From the NCBI GenBank assembly GCA_964413645.1, contig CAYPSA010000001.1, forward strand, positions 72,389 to 136,388: DNA of 64,000 bases. Reading direction: 5' to 3'. Made by a program: the position numbers and the translations under genes. The notes under the pieces are model-generated. The model had not been told where the DNA came from. It made no database searches and saw only the letters and a list, made by a program, of their open reading frames with translations. The DNA is from an uncultured Gammaproteobacteria bacterium (lineage in GTDB: Bacteria; Patescibacteriota; Microgenomatia; UBA1406; HO2-37-13b). This document shows positions 24,797-34,641 of this stretch, in pieces (position 1 is the stretch's first letter; each line of letters begins with the position of its first letter).

Positions 24797-25581
24797 TTAT
24801 TCACACTCGAATACGATCGTAGCGCATATTGCCAAAACTTACGAGCGGCATAGTAAAGTACTATGGTAAATACAGTAAACCATGCTATTGCAGCAACGGA
24901 TGCTTTTCCAATAAATGCTTGAGTTGGTATAGCAATTGCAAATAGTAGCGGCGTAATTAAAAATACAAATGAGCTCCCGAATTGATTCATAATCTCAGGA
25001 GGATATCGCATTATTCCCGCTGTTGTATATAGGAGCCCTACTACATTATCCAATCGCGGTTGCCACATAACTATCGTTGAAACCATAAACCAAAATGAAT
25101 AAGATGAAATAATTGCGAGTATCATTAATGCGATATATAGCATTGTGCTCGTGATTGTGACAGAAATATTATAAGTAACTACAGTGTAGATAACAAATGC
25201 TATTCCCATAATAACTCTCGCAAGTTCATCATAAGAAACTTGCCAAATACTCATAAGAAATTGGGAATCAATTGGTTTAAGCAATAATGTATCTAAGCGG
25301 CCGCTTAGAATAGTACGAGAAAACTCATGAAAATTTTTTACAAATAAAAAGCGAAACATTCCCCACATTATTCCAAATGTTCCTGTAAGTAAAAATAAAT
25401 CTGGCTTTGACCACCCAAATACGGATTGAATTCTATATGTTAAGATAAAAATTGAAAAGTAATGAAAAATTCCCCAAACAAAGGAGCCGACTAAATGACT
25501 CAAAAAGCCAGCCCTATACGCCATAATATTTGAGAGACCAATTAAGGAAAATTGTCTATATATGTGTAAATAACGTTTCAT
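24793..25581 (-). CDS. ABC-2-type transporter permease (uncharacterised family)
   Basis: 262 aa polytopic membrane protein, third gene of an ATPase-permease-permease operon. Confidence 0.7.
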   Translation of the reverse strand: MKRYLHIYRQFSLIGLSNIMAYRAGFLSHLVGSFVWGIFHYFSIFILTYRIQSVFGWSKPDLFLLTGTFGIMWGMFRFLFVKNFHEFSRTILSGRLDTLLLKPIDSQFLMSIWQVSYDELARVIMGIAFVIYTVVTYNISVTITSTMLYIALMILAIISSYSFWFMVSTIVMWQPRLDNVVGLLYTTAGIMRYPPEIMNQFGSSFVFLITPLLFAIAIPTQAFIGKASVAAIAWFTVFTIVLYYAARKFWQYALRSYSSVNN

Positions 25582-25582
25582 A

Positions 25583-26362
25583 CTATTGTCCTACGCCGCT
25601 AAATTTTTTAATTCCAAAATGCCAAAAAATTTTATATATCAAACTAAAAATCACAATCCACATAATTTGCATTACAATTATCCATATTTGGGTATCAACG
25701 TTTGTGTTCCCAAGTATTGTAATAACAGGGAAATAAATATAATATGCAAAAGGCAAAACAAACGCTACCGAACTCAGCCAGTCAGGCAAAAAAGTAAGGG
25801 GTATTAACATGCCGGACAATATCATGCGCATTACTTCCCAAATATTCAATATACCATTTAAATCAATAATCCAGAAAGCAATGAGGGAAATTGCGGCCTG
25901 AATTATAAAACATAATACATATGCTAAAACTACAATGATTATTGAATTGAATGAAAGTGCAACCGGAGGAATGGAAATAAAATACGATAAAAATATATAT
26001 GCAATACCTCCATATATTCCTTGTATTATCCGATGGGGTAACTCTTCAAAGAAACTCATTAGTAAGTATGAAAATGGACGTGTTAGATATCGTACCAAGC
26101 CTCCTTCTCGGATATCATTTTTTGCAATTTTTTCTTCAATATGAGAAATAACAGTGGTATTAATAATTAAAAGTAACATGTAGTATAAATTCATCAGTGA
26201 ATGATTATATCCTGCAATATGTGTTTGTTTAGCAAATGCGCCTTGCCAAAACAAAATAAGCATTAATGGATTTATTATATTCAATATAAAATATATCAGG
26301 GCTCGAGATCGAACTTGTAACACGTCTTCAAAATGAAGTATAAGGATTCTAATAAATCTCAT
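25583..26362 (-). CDS. ABC-2-type transporter permease (uncharacterised family)
   Basis: 259 aa polytopic membrane protein directly after the ATPase gene. Confidence 0.7.
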   Translation of the reverse strand: MRFIRILILHFEDVLQVRSRALIYFILNIINPLMLILFWQGAFAKQTHIAGYNHSLMNLYYMLLLIINTTVISHIEEKIAKNDIREGGLVRYLTRPFSYLLMSFFEELPHRIIQGIYGGIAYIFLSYFISIPPVALSFNSIIIVVLAYVLCFIIQAAISLIAFWIIDLNGILNIWEVMRMILSGMLIPLTFLPDWLSSVAFVLPFAYYIYFPVITILGNTNVDTQIWIIVMQIMWIVIFSLIYKIFWHFGIKKFSGVGQ

Positions 26363-26364
26363 AA

Positions 26365-27342
26365 TTATGCAGAAGTAGTAAAGAATTCACGAACAACATC
26401 TTCAATGCTGGGTTCTTCAACAGTAAATTCATCCACATCAAATTTGTCAAGAATATGCGCGCTTACATGATTTGTTTTTTCACGAGCAACAGTTAATACA
26501 ATTTTTGAATTTCCAATTTTTTTTACATCGCCAAATTTTGTAAAGAGTTCTTCTTGTACGGGAGTATTAAACGTGAACGTTAGTATTTTATGTGGGGAAT
26601 ATTTTTGCACTAAGGTTGCAAGTTTTCCGTCGTACATTATTTTTCCTTGATCAATAAATATAATTCTTTTGCATAGTTTTTTTACATCTTCCATATAGTG
26701 GCTGGTGAGTAGAATGGTGGATTCGAATTTTGTATTATAATCTTTAATAAAGTCTCTTAAATTTTGTTGCATAACAACGTCAAGGCCAATTGTTGGTTCG
26801 TCTAAAAATAATATTTCTGGCGAGTGAATGAGCTGGTTAATTAACTCACATTTCATACGTTGTCCGAGTGATAATTTACGAACTTGCACATGTAAAATAT
26901 CTGACACATCTAAAAGTTCGGTGAGCTCTTTTATAATTACATCAAATTGCGGAGTTTCGACTTCGTATATTTCTTTATTGAGTAAAAAAGATTCGTATGC
27001 AGGTAAGTCCATCCATAGTTGATTTTTTTGACCCATCACCAGTGATATCTTCTTCAAGAATTCATTTTTTCTGTCAAATGGCTTGTAACCAGCAACCGAT
27101 ACTTTTCCAGAAGTTGGATATACAAGACCCGACAAGCATTTAAGCGTTGTTGTTTTTCCTGCTCCGTTTGGACCAATAAATCCAATTAATTCTCCCTTTT
27201 CTATTGAAAATGAAACATCGTTTACAGCGTATTTTGTTGTGTACTCCCGATTAAAAAGCGATTTAAAAGATCCGGCAATTCCTGGAGCTTTTTTATATGA
27301 AGAAAATGTTTTAGTTAAGTGTTCTACTGATATAAGTGACAT
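26365..27342 (-). CDS. ABC transporter ATP-binding protein
   Basis: GPNGAGKTT, LSLGQRMK, LFLDEPT motifs; extra C-terminal domain. Confidence 0.9.
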   Translation of the reverse strand: MSLISVEHLTKTFSSYKKAPGIAGSFKSLFNREYTTKYAVNDVSFSIEKGELIGFIGPNGAGKTTTLKCLSGLVYPTSGKVSVAGYKPFDRKNEFLKKISLVMGQKNQLWMDLPAYESFLLNKEIYEVETPQFDVIIKELTELLDVSDILHVQVRKLSLGQRMKCELINQLIHSPEILFLDEPTIGLDVVMQQNLRDFIKDYNTKFESTILLTSHYMEDVKKLCKRIIFIDQGKIMYDGKLATLVQKYSPHKILTFTFNTPVQEELFTKFGDVKKIGNSKIVLTVAREKTNHVSAHILDKFDVDEFTVEEPSIEDVVREFFTTSA

Positions 27343-27367
27343 GTTCTGATTGTATCACAAAACGCGG

Positions 27368-28606
27368 CTACTGCTCCATTTGCTCAATCTCAATCAGTCT
27401 ATTATATTTTGCAAGTCTCTCTGATCGACTCATACTTCCGGCTTTTAAATAGTCTGCATCACATGCGTAAGATAGATCCGCTATAAATGAGTCTTCGGTT
27501 TCGCCTGAACGATGAGAAATTACCACTTTCATATCCGCTCTTTTTGCAAGCATTATTGCATCAACGGTTTCTTTCAGCGTGCCGATTTGGTTAGGTTTTA
27601 TAAGAACGGCATTCGTTGCTTTCTGGGCGATTCCTTTTTGAATACGCTGCGGATCAGTAGTATATAAATCATCTCCCACAATAAGTCCAGTATCTCCGAA
27701 ATTTTTTGTAAACGTGGAAAAGTTACTCCAATCATCTTCTGCAAAAGGATCTTCAAATGAATAGATGCCATATTTGGTTTGAAGTGAGTGGTAGTAGGCA
27801 GAAAGTTCTGTGGCAGATAAACTTTTATTTTGCTTTTTGAAAAAATACGTTCCGTCTTTAAATAATTCAGAAGCAGCAACATCGACTGCATATTTTATTT
27901 CATGCTCGTGGTTAGAAAGTTTGACGGCTTTTTGAATAATTTCAAATACTTCTTCATTTGACGAAAGGTCGGGCGAGTAACCCCCCTCATCTCCTTTCAG
28001 CGTTGTAAAGTTTTCCTTTTTAAGCAGTTCTCCTAATGTCTGAAAAACTTCTTGTGCAATCTTTGTGGCTTTACTTGGTGAATCGGTCTGCGGGATAATC
28101 ATGAACTCTTGTATATCAAAATTCCAATTTGCATGAGCGCCGCCATTTACAATATTCACCATTAATTTCAAAAATTGAGGTTTTGTTTTTGGGAAGTAAT
28201 ACTCATTAAGTGTTTTCCAAAGAGGTTCTTTTTTGTAGTTTGCAAGAGCTCGGGCTGCGGCAAGTGAGACCGCTAATGTAGCATTGGCTCCTAATCGAGA
28301 TTTATTATCGGTCCCATCAAGGTGAATCATTTTCTCATCGATCTCTCGCAGGGAGTTGATGTCGTGTCCTTTTAAGAGAGTGTTAATTTCAGAATTTATA
28401 TTTTTATCTGCTTTCCGTACGCCTTTTCCTGCAAATGCATCTGTATCGCCGTCTCGGAGTTCTACTTTTTCATGAGAACCAGTGGATGCTCCACTGGGAA
28501 CTGATGCTTTTCCAACAATGCCATTGTGCAATTCTACGTAAGCTTCTACAGTCGGGTTACCTCGCGAGTCGAGAATTTGAATAGCGTGTATTGAGTGGAT
28601 TTTCAT
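27368..28606 (-). CDS. eno: Enolase
   Basis: ILDSRGNPTVE, LIKPNQIGT, SHRSGETED motifs. Confidence 0.95.
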   Translation of the reverse strand: MKIHSIHAIQILDSRGNPTVEAYVELHNGIVGKASVPSGASTGSHEKVELRDGDTDAFAGKGVRKADKNINSEINTLLKGHDINSLREIDEKMIHLDGTDNKSRLGANATLAVSLAAARALANYKKEPLWKTLNEYYFPKTKPQFLKLMVNIVNGGAHANWNFDIQEFMIIPQTDSPSKATKIAQEVFQTLGELLKKENFTTLKGDEGGYSPDLSSNEEVFEIIQKAVKLSNHEHEIKYAVDVAASELFKDGTYFFKKQNKSLSATELSAYYHSLQTKYGIYSFEDPFAEDDWSNFSTFTKNFGDTGLIVGDDLYTTDPQRIQKGIAQKATNAVLIKPNQIGTLKETVDAIMLAKRADMKVVISHRSGETEDSFIADLSYACDADYLKAGSMSRSERLAKYNRLIEIEQMEQ

Positions 28607-28612
28607 ATTATT

Positions 28613-28699
28613 GTCATTCTGAGAGAGCGTAGCGATCGAAGAATCTCGGTGTGGATAACACCTAGATCCTTCATCCCGCTTTGCGGGATTCAGGATGAC
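28613..28699. repeat. Family A full-size element (two inverted units) between eno and the exonuclease gene
   Basis: gtcATTCTGAgagagcgtagcgatcGAAGAATctcggtgtgg...gatccttcatcccgctttgcgggattcaggatgac. Confidence 0.9.
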
Positions 28700-28706
28700 T
28701 CTTGGT

Positions 28707-29645
28707 TTAAAACAAATCTAACTGATCAGTCTTCTCTTTCTCTTCTATTTTTTCAACTTTCTCAAGTCTTGCAGTTGGCTGCTTACTATCAAAGCATCTT
28801 CTTAACAAAGTATTAAATTCCAACTTCTCAAAAAATACTCTTAGACTTTGATTGTACGGTGTTCGTATGCACTTATCAATCGAAAAGTCCAATTCAAGAT
28901 CGCGCAAAATAGTAGCAAGTCGTTGTGACATAAGCGCACTTTCTTTTCCTTTTTCCAATAGCTCACGAGTCTTGGGCGAAACAACTTCACTTAAGTGATC
29001 ATATATTCTTTCGACTGTATTAAATTGAGTAATGAGCGTTGCGGCTGTTTTAGGTCCAATCCCAGCTACTCCTTTGTAATTGTCCGACGGATCTCCCATA
29101 AGTCCTTTTAGTTCCGGAATTAAGTGTGGAGGAATACCAAATTTTTCTAATGCACTTTCTTCGGTATACAGCATAATATCTGAAATTCCTTTTTTTGGGG
29201 CAATCACAAACGTAGTTTTATCAACCAGCTGAACAATGTCTTTGTCTCCCGTAAGAATATATGTCTTATATCCTTCTTCCCCTGCAATTCTTGAAATTGT
29301 TCCAATAACATCATCCGCTTCAAATCCCGCCTTTTCAATGTGAACAATACCAGCACTTTCTAAAAACTCTTTTACATATGGAAATTGAGCCGAAAGCTCA
29401 TTCTCCATTTCAGGGCGGTGACTCTGGTATTCTGCATATAATTCCTTACGAAAAGTCTTAACCGGAGTATCAAAACACACGCAAACATGGGTAGGAGCAA
29501 AATCATCAATTGTCTTAAGGAGCATTGAAGCAAAACCATATACCGCATTAGTAAGAACTCCATTGTGCGTTTTAAACCCGGGAAGTGCGTGGTACGCTCG
29601 GTGAATGAGCGCATTTCCATCAATTACTAGGAAGATTTTATTCAT
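28707..29645 (-). CDS. Stand-alone 5'-3' exonuclease (FEN/Pol I N-terminal-like)
   Basis: VIDGNALIHRAYHA, ILTGDKD, GVAGIGPKTA (H3TH); 312 aa, no polymerase domain. Confidence 0.88.
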   Translation of the reverse strand: MNKIFLVIDGNALIHRAYHALPGFKTHNGVLTNAVYGFASMLLKTIDDFAPTHVCVCFDTPVKTFRKELYAEYQSHRPEMENELSAQFPYVKEFLESAGIVHIEKAGFEADDVIGTISRIAGEEGYKTYILTGDKDIVQLVDKTTFVIAPKKGISDIMLYTEESALEKFGIPPHLIPELKGLMGDPSDNYKGVAGIGPKTAATLITQFNTVERIYDHLSEVVSPKTRELLEKGKESALMSQRLATILRDLELDFSIDKCIRTPYNQSLRVFFEKLEFNTLLRRCFDSKQPTARLEKVEKIEEKEKTDQLDLF

Positions 29646-31486
29646 TTTTTTCCTACCAAACGAAGGAACTCTTCATCATCGAGGCTCTCTTTTTTTACCA
29701 GTTCTTCTGCTACTTTGTCAAGTACCTTGCGATTTTTTTTCAATATATCACATGCTTTTTTGTAGCAATCTTCTAATATACTCTTTACTTCTGCGTCTAT
29801 TTGTCCCATCACATTTTCAGATATGCTATTTTGTTCCCATGATTGACGTCCCCATTGAGTAACATCAAAGCTTGGTCCATAATTTACTGGACCCAATTTG
29901 CTCATGCCGTATTCAATTACCATCGCTCGAGCAATCTTTGTTGCCTGGTCAAAATCATTTGAAGCTCCGGTGGTGATTTCGCCAAATACTGTCTCTTCTG
30001 CTGCCCGTCCACCCATCATAGAAACAATCATTTGAAGTAAATGGGTTTTGGTTTCATGTAATCGATCTGCTTTTGGTGGAATAAGGGTAAACCCAAGCGC
30101 CATTCCTCGGGAAACAATTGAAATTCGATGAATTGGATCGGTATTAGGTTGGAAATACGTAACAATCGCATGTCCGGCCTCATGGTAAGCGGTAATATTG
30201 CGATCTGCATCAGTTTGTAATCGTTTTTTTTCAGGGCCTAGTTTTACTTTTGTTGCTGCTTCTTCTAGGTCGGCCATGAAAATACTTGTATGATCTTGCC
30301 GTGCAGCAGCAATTGCGGCCTCATTCAACATGTTTTCAATATCTGCACCTGAAAATCCAACAGTTCGTTTTGCAATTTTGTCCCATGAAACTGCCTTGTC
30401 GAATGGCTTTCCTTTTGCGTGAATTTTCAAAATAGCTTCTCGTCCTTCAACGTCAGGATAGTCCAAGATAATACGTCGATCAAATCGACCCGGTCGAAGT
30501 AGGGCAGGGTCAAGTAAGTCTCCTCGGTTTGTAGCTGCAATAACAATCACCTTGTCATTTGGACTAAATCCATCCATTTCTACCAATATTTGGTTTAGTG
30601 TTTGTTCACGTTCATCGTGAGCTGGCATTGCGCCTTGGGACCGTGTTCGGCCAATAGCGTCAACCTCATCAATAAAAATAATTGCAGGTCCATCTTTTTT
30701 TGCCGTTGCAAACAAATCTCGTACACGAGCAGCGCCAATTCCAACAAGCATTTCCATAAATTCAGAGCCGGCAATTGAGAAGAATGGAACATTGCTTTCT
30801 CCGGCAACTGCTTTTGCTAAAAGCGTTTTACCCGTTCCTGCAGGACCGAAAAGTAATACTCCTTTTGGAGAACGAGCCCCGAGTTTTTGATATTTTTTTG
30901 GGTTTTTCAAAAAGTCGACAATTTCTTCAAGTTCTTTCTTTGCCTCATTGACCCCAGCAACGTCTGCAAAAGTTATTCGAGACATTTCTTTGGAGTATTT
31001 TTTGCTCTTTGCCTGACCGAATGAGAATACTGAATCTTGCGCTCCGCGGGCCTGGCGGAATATAAAAATAAAAAAGGCGATCATCAGTAAGGTAGGGAGT
31101 AGATTTGTAAGAAAGCCGGTCATTGCCGAATTGGATTCTGAGTCTTTTACTGAAATATTCACCGCCGAAGCATCAATATTTGCCTCTTGGAGGAGTGTTA
31201 GGAAACTGCTGTTTGTTTCTTTGTTTGACTGTACTGTAGAACCGTTTTTATATGTCGTCGTAATTTTATTGGAATCTATAACGATATCTTTAACTTTCTT
31301 TTCTTTAATATCCTGCATTATTTGAGTAACTGGTTTTTCTGGATATTTATTTCCCGATGACAAAAAAGACGAGAAAAGCGTTACCATGAAAAAAAAAGCT
31401 AGCAGCACTAAGAAGAGTGTTTTAATGTTCAATTTGAACTGGAATTGGGTTACTTTTTGTTTTGATTTTTTAGTAGTTTCGGGCAT
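29642..31486 (-). CDS. ftsH: ATP-dependent zinc metalloprotease FtsH
   Basis: TM segments, [34 protein letters not shown]. Confidence 0.95.
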   Translation of the reverse strand: MPETTKKSKQKVTQFQFKLNIKTLFLVLLAFFFMVTLFSSFLSSGNKYPEKPVTQIMQDIKEKKVKDIVIDSNKITTTYKNGSTVQSNKETNSSFLTLLQEANIDASAVNISVKDSESNSAMTGFLTNLLPTLLMIAFFIFIFRQARGAQDSVFSFGQAKSKKYSKEMSRITFADVAGVNEAKKELEEIVDFLKNPKKYQKLGARSPKGVLLFGPAGTGKTLLAKAVAGESNVPFFSIAGSEFMEMLVGIGAARVRDLFATAKKDGPAIIFIDEVDAIGRTRSQGAMPAHDEREQTLNQILVEMDGFSPNDKVIVIAATNRGDLLDPALLRPGRFDRRIILDYPDVEGREAILKIHAKGKPFDKAVSWDKIAKRTVGFSGADIENMLNEAAIAAARQDHTSIFMADLEEAATKVKLGPEKKRLQTDADRNITAYHEAGHAIVTYFQPNTDPIHRISIVSRGMALGFTLIPPKADRLHETKTHLLQMIVSMMGGRAAEETVFGEITTGASNDFDQATKIARAMVIEYGMSKLGPVNYGPSFDVTQWGRQSWEQNSISENVMGQIDAEVKSILEDCYKKACDILKKNRKVLDKVAEELVKKESLDDEEFLRLVGKK

Positions 31487-31495
31487 TGTGTGGCT

Positions 31496-31504
31496 ATTTT
31501 AGCA
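31496..31504 (-). promoter_or_regulatory. Extended -10 box for ftsH
   Basis: Minus strand TGcTAAAAT, 9 nt before ATG 31486. Confidence 0.6.
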
Positions 31505-31544
31505 GGTTTTTGGTAAAATTGCTACCAGTATATTCCAAACTTTT

Positions 31545-31594
31545 GTCATTCTGAGTGAAGTCGAGGAGTCATTCTGAGCGGAGCGAAGAATCTC
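31545..31594 (+). repeat. Two tandem family A units upstream of tsaC-tsaE
   Basis: gtcattctgagtgaagtcgaggagtc (degenerate, G.T pairs) and gtcATTCTGAgcggagcGAAGAATctc. Confidence 0.85.
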
Positions 31595-31602
31595 AATTAC
31601 TT

Positions 31603-32667
31603 ATGAAAATAATTTCAAAAAAAGATGGATCGCAAAAGGAGTTGATCGAAGAAATAAAAGCGGTCATTCTGGCCGGTGGACTTGTCGTATTACCATCGGA
31701 TACCGTGTATGGTTTATGCGTTGATGCGCGATCAAAATCTGCGGTAGAAAAGCTAATCTCATTTAAACGACGACCTGCCGGAAAGCCGATTTCAGTATTT
31801 GTCGGGAGCGTAGATCGAGCTCATAAGTATATTGCTCTCAATAAGAGTCAAAACGCTCTCTTAGATCAACTGGCTCCCGGACCATATACATTCGTTTTAC
31901 CCTCAAAAGGAGCGTTGCGCCCGGAACTTGAATCTGAACAAGGAAACTTAGGTATTCGTATTCCTGATAATGCATTTATTAATGAGCTCATTGATTCTCT
32001 CGATTTTCCCATAACCGCAACATCTGCAAACCTTGCCGGTGCGCATCCTCATTACTCTGTCGAGTCACTTTTGCAGAGTCTTTCAGATAAAAAGAAGCAA
32101 GAAATTGACCTCATTGTCGATGCAGGTAAACTTCCATATAACAAGCCCTCTACTGTTCTTGACCTAAGTCAAGAAACCGTTGCGGTTTTACGTGCTGGTG
32201 ATGATCAAATAACAGAGACACACACCTCTACATCCGCTACACAGACTGCTGCAATTGGGAAAAATATTCTCACTCAATTAAAGGAAAAAGCTTTCGACAA
32301 GCCTGCCATTATTATTCTCCAAGGAGAGCTTGGGGCAGGTAAAACGACACTCATTAAGGCAATCGGAGAAGAACTCGGAATAACCAACATTGTCTCTCCT
32401 ACCTATGTCGTGTGTTACGAGTATCCTACGACTGATGAGCATTTCAAGCTCTTTCATCACTGTGATTTTTACAATATAAAAGAAGGCGATGAGCTTAATT
32501 TTCTAGGAATTGACCAAATGCTCAAACCCAACACGCTCGTTGCAATAGAATGGGGCGAAAAAAGCGGACCAATTTTTGACATGCTAACACAAAAAGCACA
32601 AGTCGTTGTTGTCTCGATGAGTTATGTAACGCAAGATTGCCGAAAAATCGACATTAATTACCTATAA
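31603..32667 (+). CDS. Fusion of TsaC/YrdC (threonylcarbamoyl-AMP synthase) and TsaE (t6A ATPase)
   Basis: N-terminal LPSDTVYGLCVDA, KRRPAGKPISVFV, TSANLAG; C-terminal LQGELGAGKTTLIK, SPTYVV, HCDFYNI; ATG 31603 preferred to 31555, which reads through repeat units. Confidence 0.8.
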   Translation: MKIISKKDGSQKELIEEIKAVILAGGLVVLPSDTVYGLCVDARSKSAVEKLISFKRRPAGKPISVFVGSVDRAHKYIALNKSQNALLDQLAPGPYTFVLPSKGALRPELESEQGNLGIRIPDNAFINELIDSLDFPITATSANLAGAHPHYSVESLLQSLSDKKKQEIDLIVDAGKLPYNKPSTVLDLSQETVAVLRAGDDQITETHTSTSATQTAAIGKNILTQLKEKAFDKPAIIILQGELGAGKTTLIKAIGEELGITNIVSPTYVVCYEYPTTDEHFKLFHHCDFYNIKEGDELNFLGIDQMLKPNTLVAIEWGEKSGPIFDMLTQKAQVVVVSMSYVTQDCRKIDINYL

Positions 32668-32668
32668 T

Positions 32669-32741
32669 GTCATTCTGAACGAAGTGAAGAATCTGGGTGC
32701 TAGGTTCTAGTATCGAGATCCTTCGTTTCACTCAGGATGAC
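32669..32741. repeat. Family A full-size element (two inverted units) between tsaC-tsaE and tsaD
   Basis: gtcATTCTGAacgaagtGAAGAATctgggtgc...gatccttcgtttcactcaggatgac. Confidence 0.9.
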
Positions 32742-32748
32742 CAAAAAT

Positions 32749-33771
32749 ATGAAAATCCTATCAATCGATACTTCCTGCGACGAAACTTCTGTAGCCGTAA
32801 CAGAAGGCCAGAAGATTCTCGCAAATAAGATTTATTCGCAAGTTTTAATACATAAGAAATGGGGAGGAGTGGTCCCAGATCTGGCCAAACGCGCACATGA
32901 GGAGCATATCGATATTGTCGTAAATGAAGTGTTCAAAAAAGTTGAACAATCCAAAATTGATGCATTTGCCGTCACATATGGACCGGGTCTTGCTATAGCG
33001 CTTGAGGTAGGAATTTTGAAAGCAAAAGAACTATCTACACTATATAAGAAGCCACTTATTGCAGTTAATCATATGGAGGGGCATATTTATTCATGTTTTG
33101 CTCAAAATAGTGCAGGCAATCCTAAAAGCGAGTTTAAATTCCCATATATTGCGTTACTTATCTCGGGCGGGCACACCGAACTTGTTTTGTTTAAAGATCA
33201 TGGTATCTATGAAATCCTTGGTCAAACGGTCGATGATGCTGCGGGGGAAGCATTAGATAAAGCCGCAAAGCTTATTGGCTTAGGATATCCTGGCGGTGCG
33301 GTAATTGAAACGCTTGCTTTAAAAGGTAATAAAACATTCTTAAAATTTCCACGTCCTATGAAAGGATCAAAAGATCTTAACTTTTCATTTTCAGGACTTA
33401 AGACATCGTTTTATTACTACTATCGAGAATTGTCTGATAAAGACAAAACCTCGCAGCTGTATGATTTAGCCGCATCATACCAAGAAGCAGTTTTCGACAG
33501 TATCCTTCATAAACTTCAAAAAGCAATTGTTCAAACAGGAGTATCATCACTTGTTGTCGGTGGGGGAGTTGGAGCTAATAAATATCTGCGTGATCGAATT
33601 CGGGAACTTGCTAAAAAACATTCAGGAAGTGTGCGGTTTCCTGCGTATAAATATCTGTATGGCGATAATGCGGCCATGATTGGTATAGCTGCTCACTTTA
33701 AAGCTCTAAAAGGAGATTATGTGAATGATTTGACGAGTCTTCATAGAGTGCCCCGACTATCGTTGTCTTAG
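32749..33771 (+). CDS. tsaD: tRNA N6-adenosine threonylcarbamoyltransferase TsaD
   Basis: ILSIDTSCDETS, AVNHMEGHI, LLISGGHTEL, GGGVGANKYLR; alternative start 32737 lies inside a repeat arm. Confidence 0.92.
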   Translation: MKILSIDTSCDETSVAVTEGQKILANKIYSQVLIHKKWGGVVPDLAKRAHEEHIDIVVNEVFKKVEQSKIDAFAVTYGPGLAIALEVGILKAKELSTLYKKPLIAVNHMEGHIYSCFAQNSAGNPKSEFKFPYIALLISGGHTELVLFKDHGIYEILGQTVDDAAGEALDKAAKLIGLGYPGGAVIETLALKGNKTFLKFPRPMKGSKDLNFSFSGLKTSFYYYYRELSDKDKTSQLYDLAASYQEAVFDSILHKLQKAIVQTGVSSLVVGGGVGANKYLRDRIRELAKKHSGSVRFPAYKYLYGDNAAMIGIAAHFKALKGDYVNDLTSLHRVPRLSLS

Positions 33772-33846
33772 ACCCTGAGCGCAGTCGAAGGGTCATCCTG
33801 AGGGAGAGATCCGCCCGCTGGTGGAGACCGAAGGATCTAGGTGTTA
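33771..33846 (+). repeat. Two tandem family A units downstream of tsaD
   Basis: gACCCTGAgcgcagtcGAAGGGTc and gtcATCCTGAgggagagatccgcccgctggtggagaccGAAGGATctaggtgtt; same pairing of unit types as at 15804-15870. Confidence 0.9.
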
Positions 33847-33854
33847 CGAATCAT

Positions 33855-34499
33855 TTACTTCGCTGCAAGTTCCGCATCAATCAATTTACTAAACGCGTCG
33901 AGCGAGCCTGGATTGCTTAATTTAACTCCATTCAAAAAGAAGGTTGGAGTTGAATTTACTCCTAAGGCGACACCACTCAGTCTATCTGCCTCAATTTTCT
34001 TATCATGCATATCGGTATTATCTTTTTTGAATTGCTCCATGTTCAATTTCAATTTTGAAGCATATGATTCAAACTTCTTTTGCGGATCCTTCTCTTTTTC
34101 CCATTCTTTTTGATTGGTAAAAAGCAAGTCTCCCATTTCAAAGAATTTTCCTTGTTTGCCAGCGGCTTCTGCTGCTCGAGCTGCTACGATTGCATTTTCA
34201 TGTTGCTGTAATGGAAAGTGACGCATAACAAGTCCAATTTGATCTTTGTATTTTTCAAGCACTTGTTTTATAAGTGGATGATATTGTCCGCAGGCGGGGC
34301 ATTGATAATCGCTGTATTCAACAAGCATGACTTTCGCCTTCTTATTTCCAGCGATATAGTCATTTTCACGAACTGGAATATCTTGCTTTACAACTGTCTG
34401 AGGTTTGGAGGTCATATACCAAGCTCCAAATAAAATTCCGAGTGTTAATAAGCTTCCCGCAACGACGAGAGCGATTTTTTTAGGGGTAATATCTTCCAT
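33855..34499 (-). CDS. Membrane-anchored DsbA-like thiol:disulfide oxidoreductase
   Basis: N-terminal TM helix and CPAC thioredoxin motif; TGaTATAAT box 8 nt upstream of ATG. Confidence 0.75.
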   Translation of the reverse strand: MEDITPKKIALVVAGSLLTLGILFGAWYMTSKPQTVVKQDIPVRENDYIAGNKKAKVMLVEYSDYQCPACGQYHPLIKQVLEKYKDQIGLVMRHFPLQQHENAIVAARAAEAAGKQGKFFEMGDLLFTNQKEWEKEKDPQKKFESYASKLKLNMEQFKKDNTDMHDKKIEADRLSGVALGVNSTPTFFLNGVKLSNPGSLDAFSKLIDAELAAK

Positions 34500-34507
34500 A
34501 GTTAGGT

Positions 34508-34516
34508 ATTATATCA
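34508..34516 (-). promoter_or_regulatory. Extended -10 box for the second DsbA-like gene
   Basis: Minus strand TGaTATAAT, 8 nt before ATG 34499. Confidence 0.6.
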
Positions 34517-34519
34517 CAC

Positions 34520-34594
34520 TGGTGGCTGAGGAGAGAATTGAACTCTCGACCTAACGCTTATGAAACGTGTGCTCTACCACTGAGCTACTCAGCC
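34520..34594 (-). tRNA. tRNA-Met (anticodon CAU; elongator-type, could be tRNA-Ile2 if lysidine-modified)
   Basis: Reverse complement GGCTGAG-TA-GCTC-AGTGGTA-GAGC-A-CACGT-TTCATAA-GCGTT-AGGTC-GAGAG-TTCAATT-CTCTC-CTCAGCC-A-CCA; G1-C72 pair and no GGG/CCC anticodon stem argue against an initiator; CCA encoded. Confidence 0.88.
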
Positions 34595-34641
34595 AAACGT
34601 GTATATATTATACAATAGAGCAGTCAAAAGCGTCATCTGAA

